A stretch of 64,000 nt of DNA from NCBI GenBank assembly GCA_002898355.1, contig BEHD01000007.1:8793-72792 (forward strand), given 5' to 3'. Under the pieces are notes generated by a model. The model saw only the letters and a program-made list of their open reading frames with translations. It did not search any database and had not been told where the DNA came from. Every line of letters starts with the position of its first letter. The first letter of the stretch is position 1. Below are positions 1 through 9,772 of this stretch, in pieces. This DNA comes from an archaeon HR01 (GTDB lineage: Archaea; Thermoproteota; Nitrososphaeria_A; Caldarchaeales; Caldarchaeaceae). The position numbers and the translations under genes were made by a program.

Positions 1-872
1 CCGCCGTCAGAGACCTCCTCCAAAGTCCCGACAACCTCGATGACCTCCCCTTCACGGCAGTGCTCTGCGAAACGGCTTCTGAAGGAGACCACAATAGAGA
101 CCGGGTGAGGGCAGCTCTCAACCGGCTCCACTATATACTGGGACGGTGTGTAAATCCCCATACCCGCATCCAGAACCCTAAACCTGGACGCAGCCCTCCC
201 CAGAGGCCTGCAACGTGTACGGCTCCAAGACTCCGGATACTCGTGGGGCCATGGAACCAGCTTAACCATGAAAAGCCTTCCCCTGAAGAGGCCTGTCAAA
301 ACCTTCCTCCCCTCATGGAGTATAGCCATCTGGAGGGCTTGGAGAGAGTCCCTCCTACCGGCTAGAAGTGAGGGTAGGCTGGAAAGCCCAACCGACGCAG
401 TCACACCCTCGGCTCTGAGCCTGGCCAGCCTCCCATAAAGCCTCCTGCCAAAGTCCAGCCCGTAGGCCACCAGGTCGATATCAGAGTCGGGCCTTGCGAG
501 GCCGTATAGGAGGGAGCCTGTGAAGCCTAGGTCCTCACCAGAGCCCAACACCTCCAGCAAATCCAGCGCATCCCTCCTCAGCCCTTCGGGAACGTTATCC
601 GACAGGGTCTGCGACGGCCTCAGCAATCCTGATATGTGGTTGTGGGGGACTGCGGGCTGAACCCTGCCCGTGTAGGGGTCGTCGAAGAGGTAGTGGGGCC
701 TCTCCCTCCGCAGATAGTCTAGGGCCGAGCCTAGGGTTGGGAGCTTGACATAGCCTTCTGGGCCCCTAACCCTCTTGGGTATGGCGTAAAACCTGTCGGG
801 AGGCTGGACCACACCCTTCACCGCATAGATTTCTCCGTGGCTGTCCAGGATATACCAGCCCTCAGCCGCCAT
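1..872 (-). CDS. Pol-beta superfamily nucleotidyltransferase-domain protein, 5'-partial in window (start ATG at 872-870, ORF open to position 1)
   Basis: Minus-strand frame translated by hand is open through the whole region. It contains a G-S-x(n)-D-S-D-I-D nucleotidyltransferase motif (GSGEDLGFTGSLLYGLARPDSDIDLVAYG). It was not in the ORF track because there is no stop in the window. Confidence 0.45.
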   Translation of the reverse strand, partial: MAAEGWYILDSHGEIYAVKGVVQPPDRFYAIPKRVRGPEGYVKLPTLGSALDYLRRERPHYLFDDPYTGRVQPAVPHNHISGLLRPSQTLSDNVPEGLRRDALDLLEVLGSGEDLGFTGSLLYGLARPDSDIDLVAYGLDFGRRLYGRLARLRAEGVTASVGLSSLPSLLAGRRDSLQALQMAILHEGRKVLTGLFRGRLFMVKLVPWPHEYPESWSRTRCRPLGRAASRFRVLDAGMGIYTPSQYIVEPVESCPHPVSIVVSFRSRFAEHCREGEVIEVVGTLEEVSDG

Positions 873-936
873 CCCGGATAGGATGGTCCAGGGTATAATT
901 TAAGAGCCAAGGTAGCTTAGGGTTTCCCGAAGAGTT

Positions 937-2262
937 TTGGAGATGGATGGGGGCTATACGGGGCTCTGCAGGAGGCTGATATCCGAGGCGGGGGCCTCTA
1001 TCGGGGACGAGGTCCTAGTGGTCACTAGGAAGGGCGAGTATAGGGGTTTCCTGATGATGAGGTATGAGCTGGGCGCCGCCGACCATATAGTTCTCAAGCT
1101 GGCCAACGGCTACAACATAGGTGTGAAGGTATGGGATGATTCGAGGGTTGTGAAGCTCTCCGAGTCTAGGCCTCCATCCTTCAGGGCTGTGGAGCCACCT
1201 CCTCCGGACCCTGGGCTACCCCATGTGGCGGTCATCAGCACAGGGGGGACCATAGCCAGCCGTGTAGACTATAGGACAGGAGGTGTGAGACCTGCGCTAA
1301 CAGCCTCCGACCTCCTCTCCGCTGTCCCCGAACTCTCCGGGATAGCTAGAATCTCCGCTGAGGTTCTGATGAGCATTTACAGCGAGAATATGAATCCCAG
1401 GAACTGGGCCCTTATGGCGGAGAGGGTTGACAGCCTACTCCGCTCCGATGTAGACGGCGTTGTGATAGCCCACGGCACAGACACTATGGGATACTCTGCG
1501 GCCGCTCTAAGCTTCGTCCTACAGCAACCGCCGAAACCAGTCGTCCTAGTGGGCTCCCAACGCTCATCCGACAGGCCGTCCAGCGACGCAGCCCTCAACC
1601 TAGTGGCCGCCGTGGATATAGCGGCAAAGGCTCCCATAGCTGAGGTGGGTGTGTGTATGCATCTGGGCCACTCGGACGACGTGATAGCCTTCCACAGAGG
1701 TGTCAGAGTGGTGAAGCTACACACCAGCAGCAGGTCCGCCTTCAAATCGGTCAACTGCGAGCCGCTGGCGCTATGGACTAGGTCGGGCCTGAAGATACAG
1801 GCTGAGAAATATCATAGGAGGGGTGGGGATGACTACCGTTTTATGCCGGGGTTCGATGAGAGGGCTCTCCTCCTCAAATTTTATCCGGGGATGAGTCCTG
1901 AGGTTTTGGAGGTTCTTAGGGAGAGGCTGTGTCTCAGGGGTGTGGTCTTGGAGGGTACTGGGCTTGGCCATGTCAGCTCCAGCTTCATTCCAACCCTGAA
2001 GAGGTTGAGGGATGAGGGTGTCTTCGTGGGGATGACATCCCAGTGCCGGTATGGAAGGGTTGACATGCTGGTCTACGATAACGGCCGCGACCTTCTAAGG
2101 GCCGGTGTCGTCCCCCTCGACAACATGCTCGCCGAGACCGCGTTGGTTAAGCTGATGTGGGTTCTGGCCAGAGCCGAGGAGTATGAGGAGGTGAAGAGGC
2201 TGATGGCCACGAATCTTGTGGGTGAGATGGGTGGAAGGTCTATGCCTGAGGGGGTTGGATAA
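937..2262 (+). CDS. gatD: Glu-tRNA(Gln) amidotransferase subunit D (asparaginase-like)
   Basis: Asparaginase-family motifs ISTGGTIAS and HGTDTM; immediately followed by gatE with no gap (stop/start adjacent). Confidence 0.85.
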   Translation: MEMDGGYTGLCRRLISEAGASIGDEVLVVTRKGEYRGFLMMRYELGAADHIVLKLANGYNIGVKVWDDSRVVKLSESRPPSFRAVEPPPPDPGLPHVAVISTGGTIASRVDYRTGGVRPALTASDLLSAVPELSGIARISAEVLMSIYSENMNPRNWALMAERVDSLLRSDVDGVVIAHGTDTMGYSAAALSFVLQQPPKPVVLVGSQRSSDRPSSDAALNLVAAVDIAAKAPIAEVGVCMHLGHSDDVIAFHRGVRVVKLHTSSRSAFKSVNCEPLALWTRSGLKIQAEKYHRRGGDDYRFMPGFDERALLLKFYPGMSPEVLEVLRERLCLRGVVLEGTGLGHVSSSFIPTLKRLRDEGVFVGMTSQCRYGRVDMLVYDNGRDLLRAGVVPLDNMLAETALVKLMWVLARAEEYEEVKRLMATNLVGEMGGRSMPEGVG

Positions 2263-4167
2263 ATGGTGCTGGATTATGAGAGGCTGGGGTTAAAGGTCGG
2301 CCTCGAGATTCACCGACAGCTTAACACTGCTAGGAAGCTCTTCTGCCCATGCCCCACCGAATACGATGAGTCGGGTGAGAAGATTAGTTTCACAAGGTTT
2401 CTAAGGGAGGCGCAGAGCGAGCTGGGCGAGCTAGACCCTGCCGCTGTCTTCGAGTCGAGAAAGAGGAAGAAGATCGTCTACCGGATGGATAGGCGTTCGG
2501 CGTGTCTGGTTGAGCTGGATGAGGAGCCACCCCACACCCTCAACGGGGAGGCCGTCGAGATAGCCTTGACCGCAGCCCTCCTAATGGGCTCGACACCTGT
2601 AGACGAGATTCACGTTATGCGGAAGATTGTGGTGGATGGCTCCAACACGGCAGGCTTCCAGAGGACGTGTGTTGTGGCTACAGGAGGTAGGGTTGTGGTG
2701 GACGGCGAGGCCATACCCATCCAGACCATAACGCTTGAGGAGGATGCCGCAAGACTTGTGGAATCTTCCAGGGGTGTGGTGGAGTATGACCTCTCGAGGC
2801 TTGGAATCCCGCTGATAGAGGTGGCCACCGCACCAGTTATCAAAAGCCCGGAGCAGGCTGTCAAGGCCGCCAAGGCCATAGGAGATATCTTGAGGGCTAC
2901 CGGAAAGGTGAAGAGGGGGCTTGGCACAGTCAGGCAGGACCTCAACATATCCATCAGGGATGGAGCCCTAGTAGAGGTCAAGGGTGTACAGGAGCTGGAG
3001 CTGATAGACGACGTGGTAGAATATGAGGTGAGGCGACAGCTACACCTCCTAGATGTGTCCAAGAGGCTTGCCGCCAGACTTGGTGGGGGGCTGCCAGCCT
3101 TCAACCCTGTGGATGTGACCCATCTCTTCACCGACACCAAGTCTAAGGTTATCCGCAGGTCTTTGGACGCTGGGGGAAGGGTTATGGCCCTCCTCCTCCC
3201 AGCCTTCGCAGGCCTTATCTCGGAGGAGCCCTTCAAAGGGGTTAGGCTGGGGGCGGAGCTGGCGGCCTATGCCAAGGCCTGGGCCGAGGTGGAGGGCATA
3301 TTCCACACCGACGAGCTACCCGGATACGGGATAACATCCGAGGAGGTGGCGTCCCTCAGAAAATATATGGGAGCTGGGGATGCTGATGCTGTAGTCCTAG
3401 TGGCAGATTTGGAGCATTACGCCGTCGAGGCCCTCAGGGCGGTGTATGAGAGGGCGGCCGAAGCCCTTCGGGGCGTGCCTAATGAGACGAGGGCGGCGAG
3501 GCAGGATGGCTCCACCGTCTACATAAGGCCCAGGCCAGGTGCTGCCAGGATGTATCCGGAGACCGACATCCCGCCAATACCTATAACAGAGAATTATCTG
3601 GAGGAGCTCAAGTCTAGGCTTCCCGAGACCTTGGATAGGCTGGCGGAGCGGCTTTCAAGGCAGTACGGCCTCAGCAGGCAGCTGGTCCAAGAGCTTATCG
3701 ACAGGGAGAGGGTTGAGATATTCATGGAGATATTGGGGAAGACATCCGCCAGCCCCACAGTCGTGGCCACAACTCTTACTGAAACCCTCACAAGCCTGGC
3801 GAGGGATGGCGTGGATGTGGGGAGGCTGGGCGAGAGGGTTCTATTGGAGGTTTTCCAGCTCCTGAGCGAGGGCGTCTTCTCCAAGGAGATGCTGCGGGAT
3901 GTTCTGGCGAGGGCGGCCTCAGAGGGTGTCAGCGATGTAAGGAGCCTAGTCTCCTCCATGGGCTTGGCCGCTGTGGACCTGGAGGAGGTTAGAAGGTATG
4001 TGGATGAGCTGGTGGAGAGGAATAGGAGTTTCTTAGGTGATGAGCGGGCTGTGAAGAGGCTGATGGGTGATCTGATGAAGAGGTATAGGGGTAGGGTGGA
4101 TGGAAGGCTCCTCCACCAGATTCTATCCGAGAGGGTTGCAGCTAGGACTGGTGCGGCCCAGGGATAG
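2263..4167 (+). CDS. gatE: Glu-tRNA(Gln) amidotransferase subunit E
   Basis: GatB/GatE-type N-terminus (MVLDYERLGLKVGLEIHRQL); 634 aa; typical archaeal gatD-gatE operon. Confidence 0.85.
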   Translation: MVLDYERLGLKVGLEIHRQLNTARKLFCPCPTEYDESGEKISFTRFLREAQSELGELDPAAVFESRKRKKIVYRMDRRSACLVELDEEPPHTLNGEAVEIALTAALLMGSTPVDEIHVMRKIVVDGSNTAGFQRTCVVATGGRVVVDGEAIPIQTITLEEDAARLVESSRGVVEYDLSRLGIPLIEVATAPVIKSPEQAVKAAKAIGDILRATGKVKRGLGTVRQDLNISIRDGALVEVKGVQELELIDDVVEYEVRRQLHLLDVSKRLAARLGGGLPAFNPVDVTHLFTDTKSKVIRRSLDAGGRVMALLLPAFAGLISEEPFKGVRLGAELAAYAKAWAEVEGIFHTDELPGYGITSEEVASLRKYMGAGDADAVVLVADLEHYAVEALRAVYERAAEALRGVPNETRAARQDGSTVYIRPRPGAARMYPETDIPPIPITENYLEELKSRLPETLDRLAERLSRQYGLSRQLVQELIDRERVEIFMEILGKTSASPTVVATTLTETLTSLARDGVDVGRLGERVLLEVFQLLSEGVFSKEMLRDVLARAASEGVSDVRSLVSSMGLAAVDLEEVRRYVDELVERNRSFLGDERAVKRLMGDLMKRYRGRVDGRLLHQILSERVAARTGAAQG

Positions 4168-4324
4168 ACTTATCTTATGCTTCTGAACGCTAGGGAGGCG
4201 GAGATGTCCGTAGAGCAGTTCATAGATTTCCTATATGGGAGCGTCTACTGGCTCATAATAGGGGCCCTCGTACTGGTGGCCTTGTACACCGTATATACCA
4301 GCATGGAGAAAGGACAGTAGCGTC

Positions 4325-5578
4325 ATGGGGTTCGGAGGACAGGCTGAGGTAGCCTACGTCCAGTCCCTCTTCAGGGCCTACTACCAGAAAGGCTACTCCA
4401 ACCCATACATCCCACCCCAGATGGAGAGGAGGGAGTATGGCTACATGCTCTTCGGCCAGAGGACTATGGTGAGGCATCTAAGCCTTAAAGACCCCTCTCA
4501 GCTGTTAGACCTCCTCAAGAACGTGGCTCCAGCCCATGTCTACCGCTCCGCAGCCATCTACCACTACCCCTCAGCACCCATGGAGGAGAAGGGCTGGATA
4601 GGAGCAGACCTCATCTTCGACATAGACGCCGACCACCTGGAGACACCGTGCAAGGCCAGCCATGATTTCCGCCTCTGCACATCATGCGGCCTCCGTGTAT
4701 CCTCAGACAGATGTAGCGGCTGCGGCTCAGACCAGCTGGAGGATGTGAAGTGGGTCTGCGATATCTGCCTCGAGGGTGCTAGGGCTGAGCTGATCAAACT
4801 CCTCGAGTTTATGGAGGTCGACCTCGGCATCCGGAGGGAGAGTATGGTGGTGAGTTTTTCGGGGAACCGTGGATATCATCTAGCGGTCTACGATGAGAGG
4901 TTTCTAGGTCTTGGTAGGGAGGAGAGGCAGGAGATAGTGGAGTATCTTACAGGAGCCAACATGGACCCGTCCCTCCACGGGCTGGAGGCTGGGCTTGAAC
5001 CGGGAGAAGGCCCAGACTACTCGGACCATGGATGGAGGGGGAGGATAGCCAGACAGTCGTACACAATATTATCGAGGCTAGCTAGAGGCGATGAGAAAAC
5101 GGTGAAAGCCTTAGAGGGGCTCCTAGGCCATAGGATTGTCCAATCCCTAAAGACATCGGAGGATTTTTGGAGGGAGAGGCCACGATGGGACCTCTTGGGT
5201 GGCAGGGCAGAGACAAGGGCCAAAGCCCTCAAGGCGTTGGTGGCGTTATCAGTAGAGAGCGAGAAGACCCACATCGACACAGTCGTCACGACAGATATCC
5301 ACAGGCTCCTTAGAATGGCCGATACTCTAAACGGCAAAACAGGCCTCAAAGCCTCCACGATACCTGTTGAAAGGGTTGAGGAGTACGACCCGTTGAGGGA
5401 GGCGGTGGCAATTCCGGCCCATCCTGAGACAAGGATAAGAATCGCCTACGCACCCAGGTTTAGGCTGGGTGAAGAAGAGTACGGGCCATACTCCGACGAG
5501 GAGGCAAAGCTGCCGGCTTTTGCGGCCTCATACCTAATATGTAGAGGTGTCGCAAGGCTTGCGGAGAGGAGGCGCTGA
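4325..5578 (+). CDS. priS: DNA primase small (catalytic) subunit PriS
   Basis: Catalytic motif GADLIFDIDADHL plus a Zn-knuckle (CTSCG...CSGCG); size typical of archaeal p41. Confidence 0.8.
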   Translation: MGFGGQAEVAYVQSLFRAYYQKGYSNPYIPPQMERREYGYMLFGQRTMVRHLSLKDPSQLLDLLKNVAPAHVYRSAAIYHYPSAPMEEKGWIGADLIFDIDADHLETPCKASHDFRLCTSCGLRVSSDRCSGCGSDQLEDVKWVCDICLEGARAELIKLLEFMEVDLGIRRESMVVSFSGNRGYHLAVYDERFLGLGREERQEIVEYLTGANMDPSLHGLEAGLEPGEGPDYSDHGWRGRIARQSYTILSRLARGDEKTVKALEGLLGHRIVQSLKTSEDFWRERPRWDLLGGRAETRAKALKALVALSVESEKTHIDTVVTTDIHRLLRMADTLNGKTGLKASTIPVERVEEYDPLREAVAIPAHPETRIRIAYAPRFRLGEEEYGPYSDEEAKLPAFAASYLICRGVARLAERRR

Positions 5579-6133
5579 GTGATGTACGATGACACCTACG
5601 AGAGGCTGCTGGAGGTTTGGATGAGGGAGAAGAACACCGAATCCCTCACCAAAATTTCAGAGGATTTTCTGAAGGACCTATCCGCATACATGTCCCATCT
5701 CAGGAGGCAGCAGAAGCTCTCGGATAAGACATCCCTAACCCACATCCTGAAGGGTTCCGAGATATCCATGATAAAGGCCCTCGTCGAATCCCTCCTGAGG
5801 CTCAGGCTCTCCAAGATATTCAAGGTTGTATCCGACGAGGAGCATCTGGAGAATATGCTCTCCCTGGAGAGGAGGACCTACAACACTGTTTTACTTGCAT
5901 TGCAGGGGCATCTCGACTCGGTGGCCGGCATACTGAGTAACCCACGCCTCCTAGCTGCGGGGAAGGAGTCAAGATATGAGGTGGTCATCTTTCTGAAGCC
6001 CTCACCGAAGATAGTTGGTGTCGACATGGCCTCCTACGGCCCCTTCAGGGAGGGTGATATGGCGCATATCCCTGCCGAGAACGCGGAGCTCCTCGCCAGA
6101 AGGGGGGTTGCGAGGAGGGTTCAGCTGGCCTAG
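5579..6133 (+). CDS. Uncharacterised alpha-helical protein, candidate GINS (Gins15/51-like) subunit
   Basis: 184 aa, helical, directly downstream of priS with a 1-nt gap. priS-gins15 synteny is established in archaea; the sequence itself is not diagnostic. Confidence 0.35.
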   Translation: MMYDDTYERLLEVWMREKNTESLTKISEDFLKDLSAYMSHLRRQQKLSDKTSLTHILKGSEISMIKALVESLLRLRLSKIFKVVSDEEHLENMLSLERRTYNTVLLALQGHLDSVAGILSNPRLLAAGKESRYEVVIFLKPSPKIVGVDMASYGPFREGDMAHIPAENAELLARRGVARRVQLA

Positions 6134-7248
6134 ATATATCCGATCTCCTCACCGTCCTGGGTTACGAGCATCCGGCCGAGAAAAACATTCCTCACAGACT
6201 GGTTCATCGCTGTGTATATCCTTATCAGGTTTTTCCCAGGCTCGTAGCCTGTGATAAGGCCGATCCTGTAGAGGTATTCATCTCCTCCTGATATGTAGGA
6301 GAGTAGGCCGGAACCGGCCTTGGTGGTTGTCAGGGCCTCGGAGACCCGTCTCAGAAGGGTTTCGGGATCTGACGAGGATGTCTCCAACCTAATCCATGTG
6401 ATGGGTATGGTTTTGAGGCTGGCATTCCTTAGAAAACGCCTGTAGGCCATGGCTCTTATCTCACGCCTCATATTCTGGCTTCTCTCAAGTATCGCCCTCG
6501 GCCTCTGCAGGATGTGAATCCTTGAGCCGAGACGCTTCGCCGTCTCCCCCACGGCCGGAAGGGCGTCACCTAGGAAAGCTACGTCAGTGGGTCTGAACAG
6601 CTCCACCAACCTGCTTTTGGCCTCTTCAGCGGCCTGCCCCTCCACCCAGCCGTCCACATCCACAACCAAGGAGGGGGCCGACATCTTCTCAACCCACTGG
6701 ACTAGCCTTCCCGCAGCACGGATAAGCATCTCCGCAGCTTCGGGGGCTGAGGTGGAGCAGACAGGCACAACGGCTGAAGCCTCCAGCTGGGATAGGTCGT
6801 GGACAGGCTCCCTCAAGAACGCTCCGCCTACCGTGGTGGGTGGTGAGAGATAGCTCTGGCCCGGGTCGAGACAGAGTATCGCACATCCGGAGAGGGTGGA
6901 GAGCCTGTTGGCGAGGAGGGTGGAGAGGGATGTCTTGCCTGTGTCAAAGCCACCCATCACCAGAACCCTACACCCCCTCTCCAGGGATGAGGCAAGCTTC
7001 ATCCAATCCTTACCTACCGTATCACCCTCCACAATCTTTAGACCTCCATCATCCCCCAGCCTAACCTCACACTCCAACTCCTCATCGGCCGTGACCGGGT
7101 ACCGCCTATAAGGCCTCATCAGATAGCTCCTATTCCTTCTAAGCCTGCATCCCAGAATCGAGGCCGAACCCTTGAGGACACGGATTGATGCTGGCCCATC
7201 CAGTAGTAGGGTATATCCAGCCCCAACCCTAAGGTGTTGTTCGGACAT
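6130..7248 (-). CDS. Clp1/Grc3-family polynucleotide 5'-hydroxyl kinase
   Basis: P-loop GGFDTGKTSLSTLLANRL and a downstream CLDPGQ motif (Clp1 'DLDPGQ' signature); about 370 aa, as for archaeal Clp1. Confidence 0.6.
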   Translation of the reverse strand: MSEQHLRVGAGYTLLLDGPASIRVLKGSASILGCRLRRNRSYLMRPYRRYPVTADEELECEVRLGDDGGLKIVEGDTVGKDWMKLASSLERGCRVLVMGGFDTGKTSLSTLLANRLSTLSGCAILCLDPGQSYLSPPTTVGGAFLREPVHDLSQLEASAVVPVCSTSAPEAAEMLIRAAGRLVQWVEKMSAPSLVVDVDGWVEGQAAEEAKSRLVELFRPTDVAFLGDALPAVGETAKRLGSRIHILQRPRAILERSQNMRREIRAMAYRRFLRNASLKTIPITWIRLETSSSDPETLLRRVSEALTTTKAGSGLLSYISGGDEYLYRIGLITGYEPGKNLIRIYTAMNQSVRNVFLGRMLVTQDGEEIGYI

Positions 7249-7903
7249 GCCCCCTCCTCAAGGCTAGATTGGCTGCGGCCCGCTCATCTCTACCCCTCCT
7301 CCCACCACCGACGAACCCCCTCCTAGAGGTCCCCTCCTCAGAGACAATCTCTATCGGTGCATCACCAAGCCCGGGTATGGAACGTATCATTCTTATCAGC
7401 CTCTCCCGATACTGGGGGGCTCCGGAGCCGATGACCACATTGGGGGTGAGGCCCCGATGGCTGGAGATAAACTCTCTCAGATCCCTCTCCAACCCCTCGA
7501 GGTCGGTATATGTCCCCGTCCTCACGAGAAGGTCAGCCACCATATACGCCACACCAATCCTGCTGCCAGGGTCTATCGAGATGGTGGCGGTCTTGGCGTC
7601 AGCCCTCCCCGCAGCAACCTCCACGGCCTTGTCCAGGAGCGAGACAGGGCTGGGAAAGTCCTCAGCATAGATTACAGACCATGAACGGATATCCCCACAC
7701 TCCCCCCGCCTCGAGATCACCACCCTAACCGATAGGGGTATGTCGCCGGCTGAGGTGACGTGGACAACCTTCAACCCCCTCCTCAGCCCCTCATCCCTGA
7801 GGCGGCTGGCTAGGACGTGGTCGTGGGTGAGGACGGCCACCTGGAACCTGTACATTATAGCCCGTATAAACCCCCTCCTCCGCAGTAATATATCTTCAAG
7901 CAT
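7229..7903 (-). CDS. Uncharacterised protein with a C-terminal RNase H-like (YqgF/RuvC-type) signature
   Basis: ISIDPGSRIGVAYM resembles the first beta-strand/catalytic Asp of YqgF/RuvC-fold nucleases. Overlaps the Clp1 gene by 20 nt (same strand, upstream). Confidence 0.3.
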   Translation of the reverse strand: MLEDILLRRRGFIRAIMYRFQVAVLTHDHVLASRLRDEGLRRGLKVVHVTSAGDIPLSVRVVISRRGECGDIRSWSVIYAEDFPSPVSLLDKAVEVAAGRADAKTATISIDPGSRIGVAYMVADLLVRTGTYTDLEGLERDLREFISSHRGLTPNVVIGSGAPQYRERLIRMIRSIPGLGDAPIEIVSEEGTSRRGFVGGGRRGRDERAAANLALRRGHVRTTP

Positions 7904-7932
7904 TTATATCAAGGTGGGATGGGTCTGATGGC

Positions 7933-8190
7933 ATGGGAAGAAAAAGGAGACGTATCATCAAGAGGGCGCCGAAGCCTCTCCCCAAGATATTCACCTGCCC
8001 CGTCTGCAGCGCCTTCGCCGTCACAGTCACCCACGAGCCTGGCTCCGATAAGGCCCTGGTCCAATGTGGTAGCTGCAAGAAATCCCTAGAGGTCCCCTGG
8101 TATCCTGCCTACAGCGAGGTGGACGCCTACAGCAAGTGGTATGACCTTGTGGTGAAGGGGGAGGCATCGGTTGAGGCTGGGAAGGGTTGA
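7933..8190 (+). CDS. Transcription elongation factor Elf1-like zinc-ribbon protein
   Basis: Basic N-terminus MGRKRRRIIKRAPKPLPKIFTCPVCS...CGSC: the Elf1 C4 zinc ribbon architecture; 85 aa. Confidence 0.7.
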   Translation: MGRKRRRIIKRAPKPLPKIFTCPVCSAFAVTVTHEPGSDKALVQCGSCKKSLEVPWYPAYSEVDAYSKWYDLVVKGEASVEAGKG

Positions 8191-8200
8191 GCAATACCTG

Positions 8201-8920
8201 ATGGATAGGATAGGTGCTGGGAGGCATCTCCACATCTCCCTACTAGACCCTGTCAGCACACCTTCTGAGAAGGCTGGGGAATACGCCTCCTACATCCAGG
8301 AGAGCGGCTCCGACGCCATAATGGTGGGCGGCTCCACCGTCTACTCCCAGGAGGCCCTCGACAGCTTCATAAAAAAGGTCAAGGAGGAGGTATCGATACC
8401 CGTGATAATATTCCCCAACAACGTCCAATCCATCTCAAGATATGCCGACGCAATATGGTTTATGAGCCTCCTCAACAGCGTGGACTGGTACTACATAGTG
8501 GGCGCACAGCTCCAGGGAGCCCTCACAGTCAAATCCTTCAACCTTGAGGCCATACCTATGGGGTATGTGGTCTTCGGGAGTGAGAGCACGGTGGCGGCGA
8601 TGGGCAGGGCTCTACCCCTGGCACCCCACAGCTACGAGATAGCCGTATGCTACGGGCTGGCAGCCCAATATTTGGGGATGAGGTTCCTATACCTAGAGGC
8701 AGGCTCCGGAGCCTCCAGACCCCTACCCGAAACCACCATAAGGGCCGTCAGGAAGGCCGTCGACATACCTGTCATCGTCGGAGGAGGCATAAGGACGCCT
8801 GAAGATGTGAAGGCAGTCTGCGGTGCTGGAGCCGACATAGTGGTGACCGGTACGGCTATCGAGAGGGACCATAGAATTCTGCCGTCTCTCGTGTATGCGG
8901 CTAAAAATCTGGGAAACTAG
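8201..8920 (+). CDS. Geranylgeranylglyceryl phosphate synthase (GGGPS, PcrB family TIM barrel)
   Basis: Motifs HISLLDP and IVVGGGIRTPEDV...GADIVVTGTAIE. The track ORF starts at 8171; the internal Met at 8201 avoids overlap with the Elf1-like gene and is preferred. Confidence 0.75.
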   Translation: MDRIGAGRHLHISLLDPVSTPSEKAGEYASYIQESGSDAIMVGGSTVYSQEALDSFIKKVKEEVSIPVIIFPNNVQSISRYADAIWFMSLLNSVDWYYIVGAQLQGALTVKSFNLEAIPMGYVVFGSESTVAAMGRALPLAPHSYEIAVCYGLAAQYLGMRFLYLEAGSGASRPLPETTIRAVRKAVDIPVIVGGGIRTPEDVKAVCGAGADIVVTGTAIERDHRILPSLVYAAKNLGN

Positions 8921-8941
8921 AAGACGTCATAGCTTATATTA

Positions 8942-9739
8942 TTGGCTTCACCGTCTTCTAAAGGTATGGCTGATACTTCCGAGAGGGTCTCGACTGGGAA
9001 TGTGAAGCTGGACACCATGCTGGGTGGCGGCTTTATAAGGGGTAGGACCTACCTAGTAACAGGAGAGACCGGGGTTGGGAAAACCATCCTCTCCCTCCAG
9101 TTCCTCCTCAACGGCCTCACAAGAAACGAGACCTGCGTCTACGTAACCATAGATGAGAGGGTGGAGGGCGTCCTACGGGGCGCCGAATCCCTGGGATGGA
9201 ACTTCTGGGCCCACATGGAGACAGGACGGTTCATACCCCTCGAGCTGAGAATCTATGCGGCGGAGGCTAGGAAGTATGGGAAGGAGAGCAGGGCCTTCGT
9301 GGACGCCATCTACAACGCCACCAAGGGGAGGAGGTTCTCGAGGCTTGTCCTAGACCCTGTCTCAGCCCTGGCCCAGGGTGTGAAGGATGAGTTCTACGTC
9401 AGGGAGTATCTGAGAGAGATAATCACCATGATTGAGGAGAGGTTCAACGTAACAACCCTGATGACCACTGACATCCCCACCGGCTCCAAGAGGATGAGCA
9501 GGTTCATGCTGGAGGAGTTCCTCGCCTCGGGCGTGATAGTTCTAGGGGTTAAACAGCTGAACGGTATGCTGGTGAGGACCGTCTACGTACGGAAGATGAG
9601 ATGGTCCTCAATGGACTCCACGATGTACGTCTTCACAATAGTGCCTGAGAGGGGTATAGTGATAGGTGAGCCCTTCGAGGAATACTATCGGAGGGTTATG
9701 GGTCCAGCCCAGAGGATGGGGCAGGAGCTCCCCGGATAA
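8942..9739 (+). CDS. KaiC/RadB-like RecA-superfamily ATPase
   Basis: Walker A GETGVGKT within a KaiC-like single-domain architecture (LVTGETGVGKTILSLQFL). Confidence 0.6.
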   Translation: MASPSSKGMADTSERVSTGNVKLDTMLGGGFIRGRTYLVTGETGVGKTILSLQFLLNGLTRNETCVYVTIDERVEGVLRGAESLGWNFWAHMETGRFIPLELRIYAAEARKYGKESRAFVDAIYNATKGRRFSRLVLDPVSALAQGVKDEFYVREYLREIITMIEERFNVTTLMTTDIPTGSKRMSRFMLEEFLASGVIVLGVKQLNGMLVRTVYVRKMRWSSMDSTMYVFTIVPERGIVIGEPFEEYYRRVMGPAQRMGQELPG

Positions 9740-9772
9740 CCGATAAATCCATCCACAAATCTAATGTAGTAG

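Noticed and set aside
60-365. Track ORF of 101 aa on the plus strand
   Set aside because: Entirely contained within, and antisense to, the long open minus-strand frame (1-872) that carries a nucleotidyltransferase motif. It is a shadow ORF.
1377-4167. Multiple antisense ORFs inside gatD/gatE (1377..1754, 1771..1971, 1881..2066, 2610..3236, 3049..3306, 3594..3959)
   Set aside because: They overlap well-supported coding genes on the opposite strand; high GC makes long antisense open frames common; no motifs.
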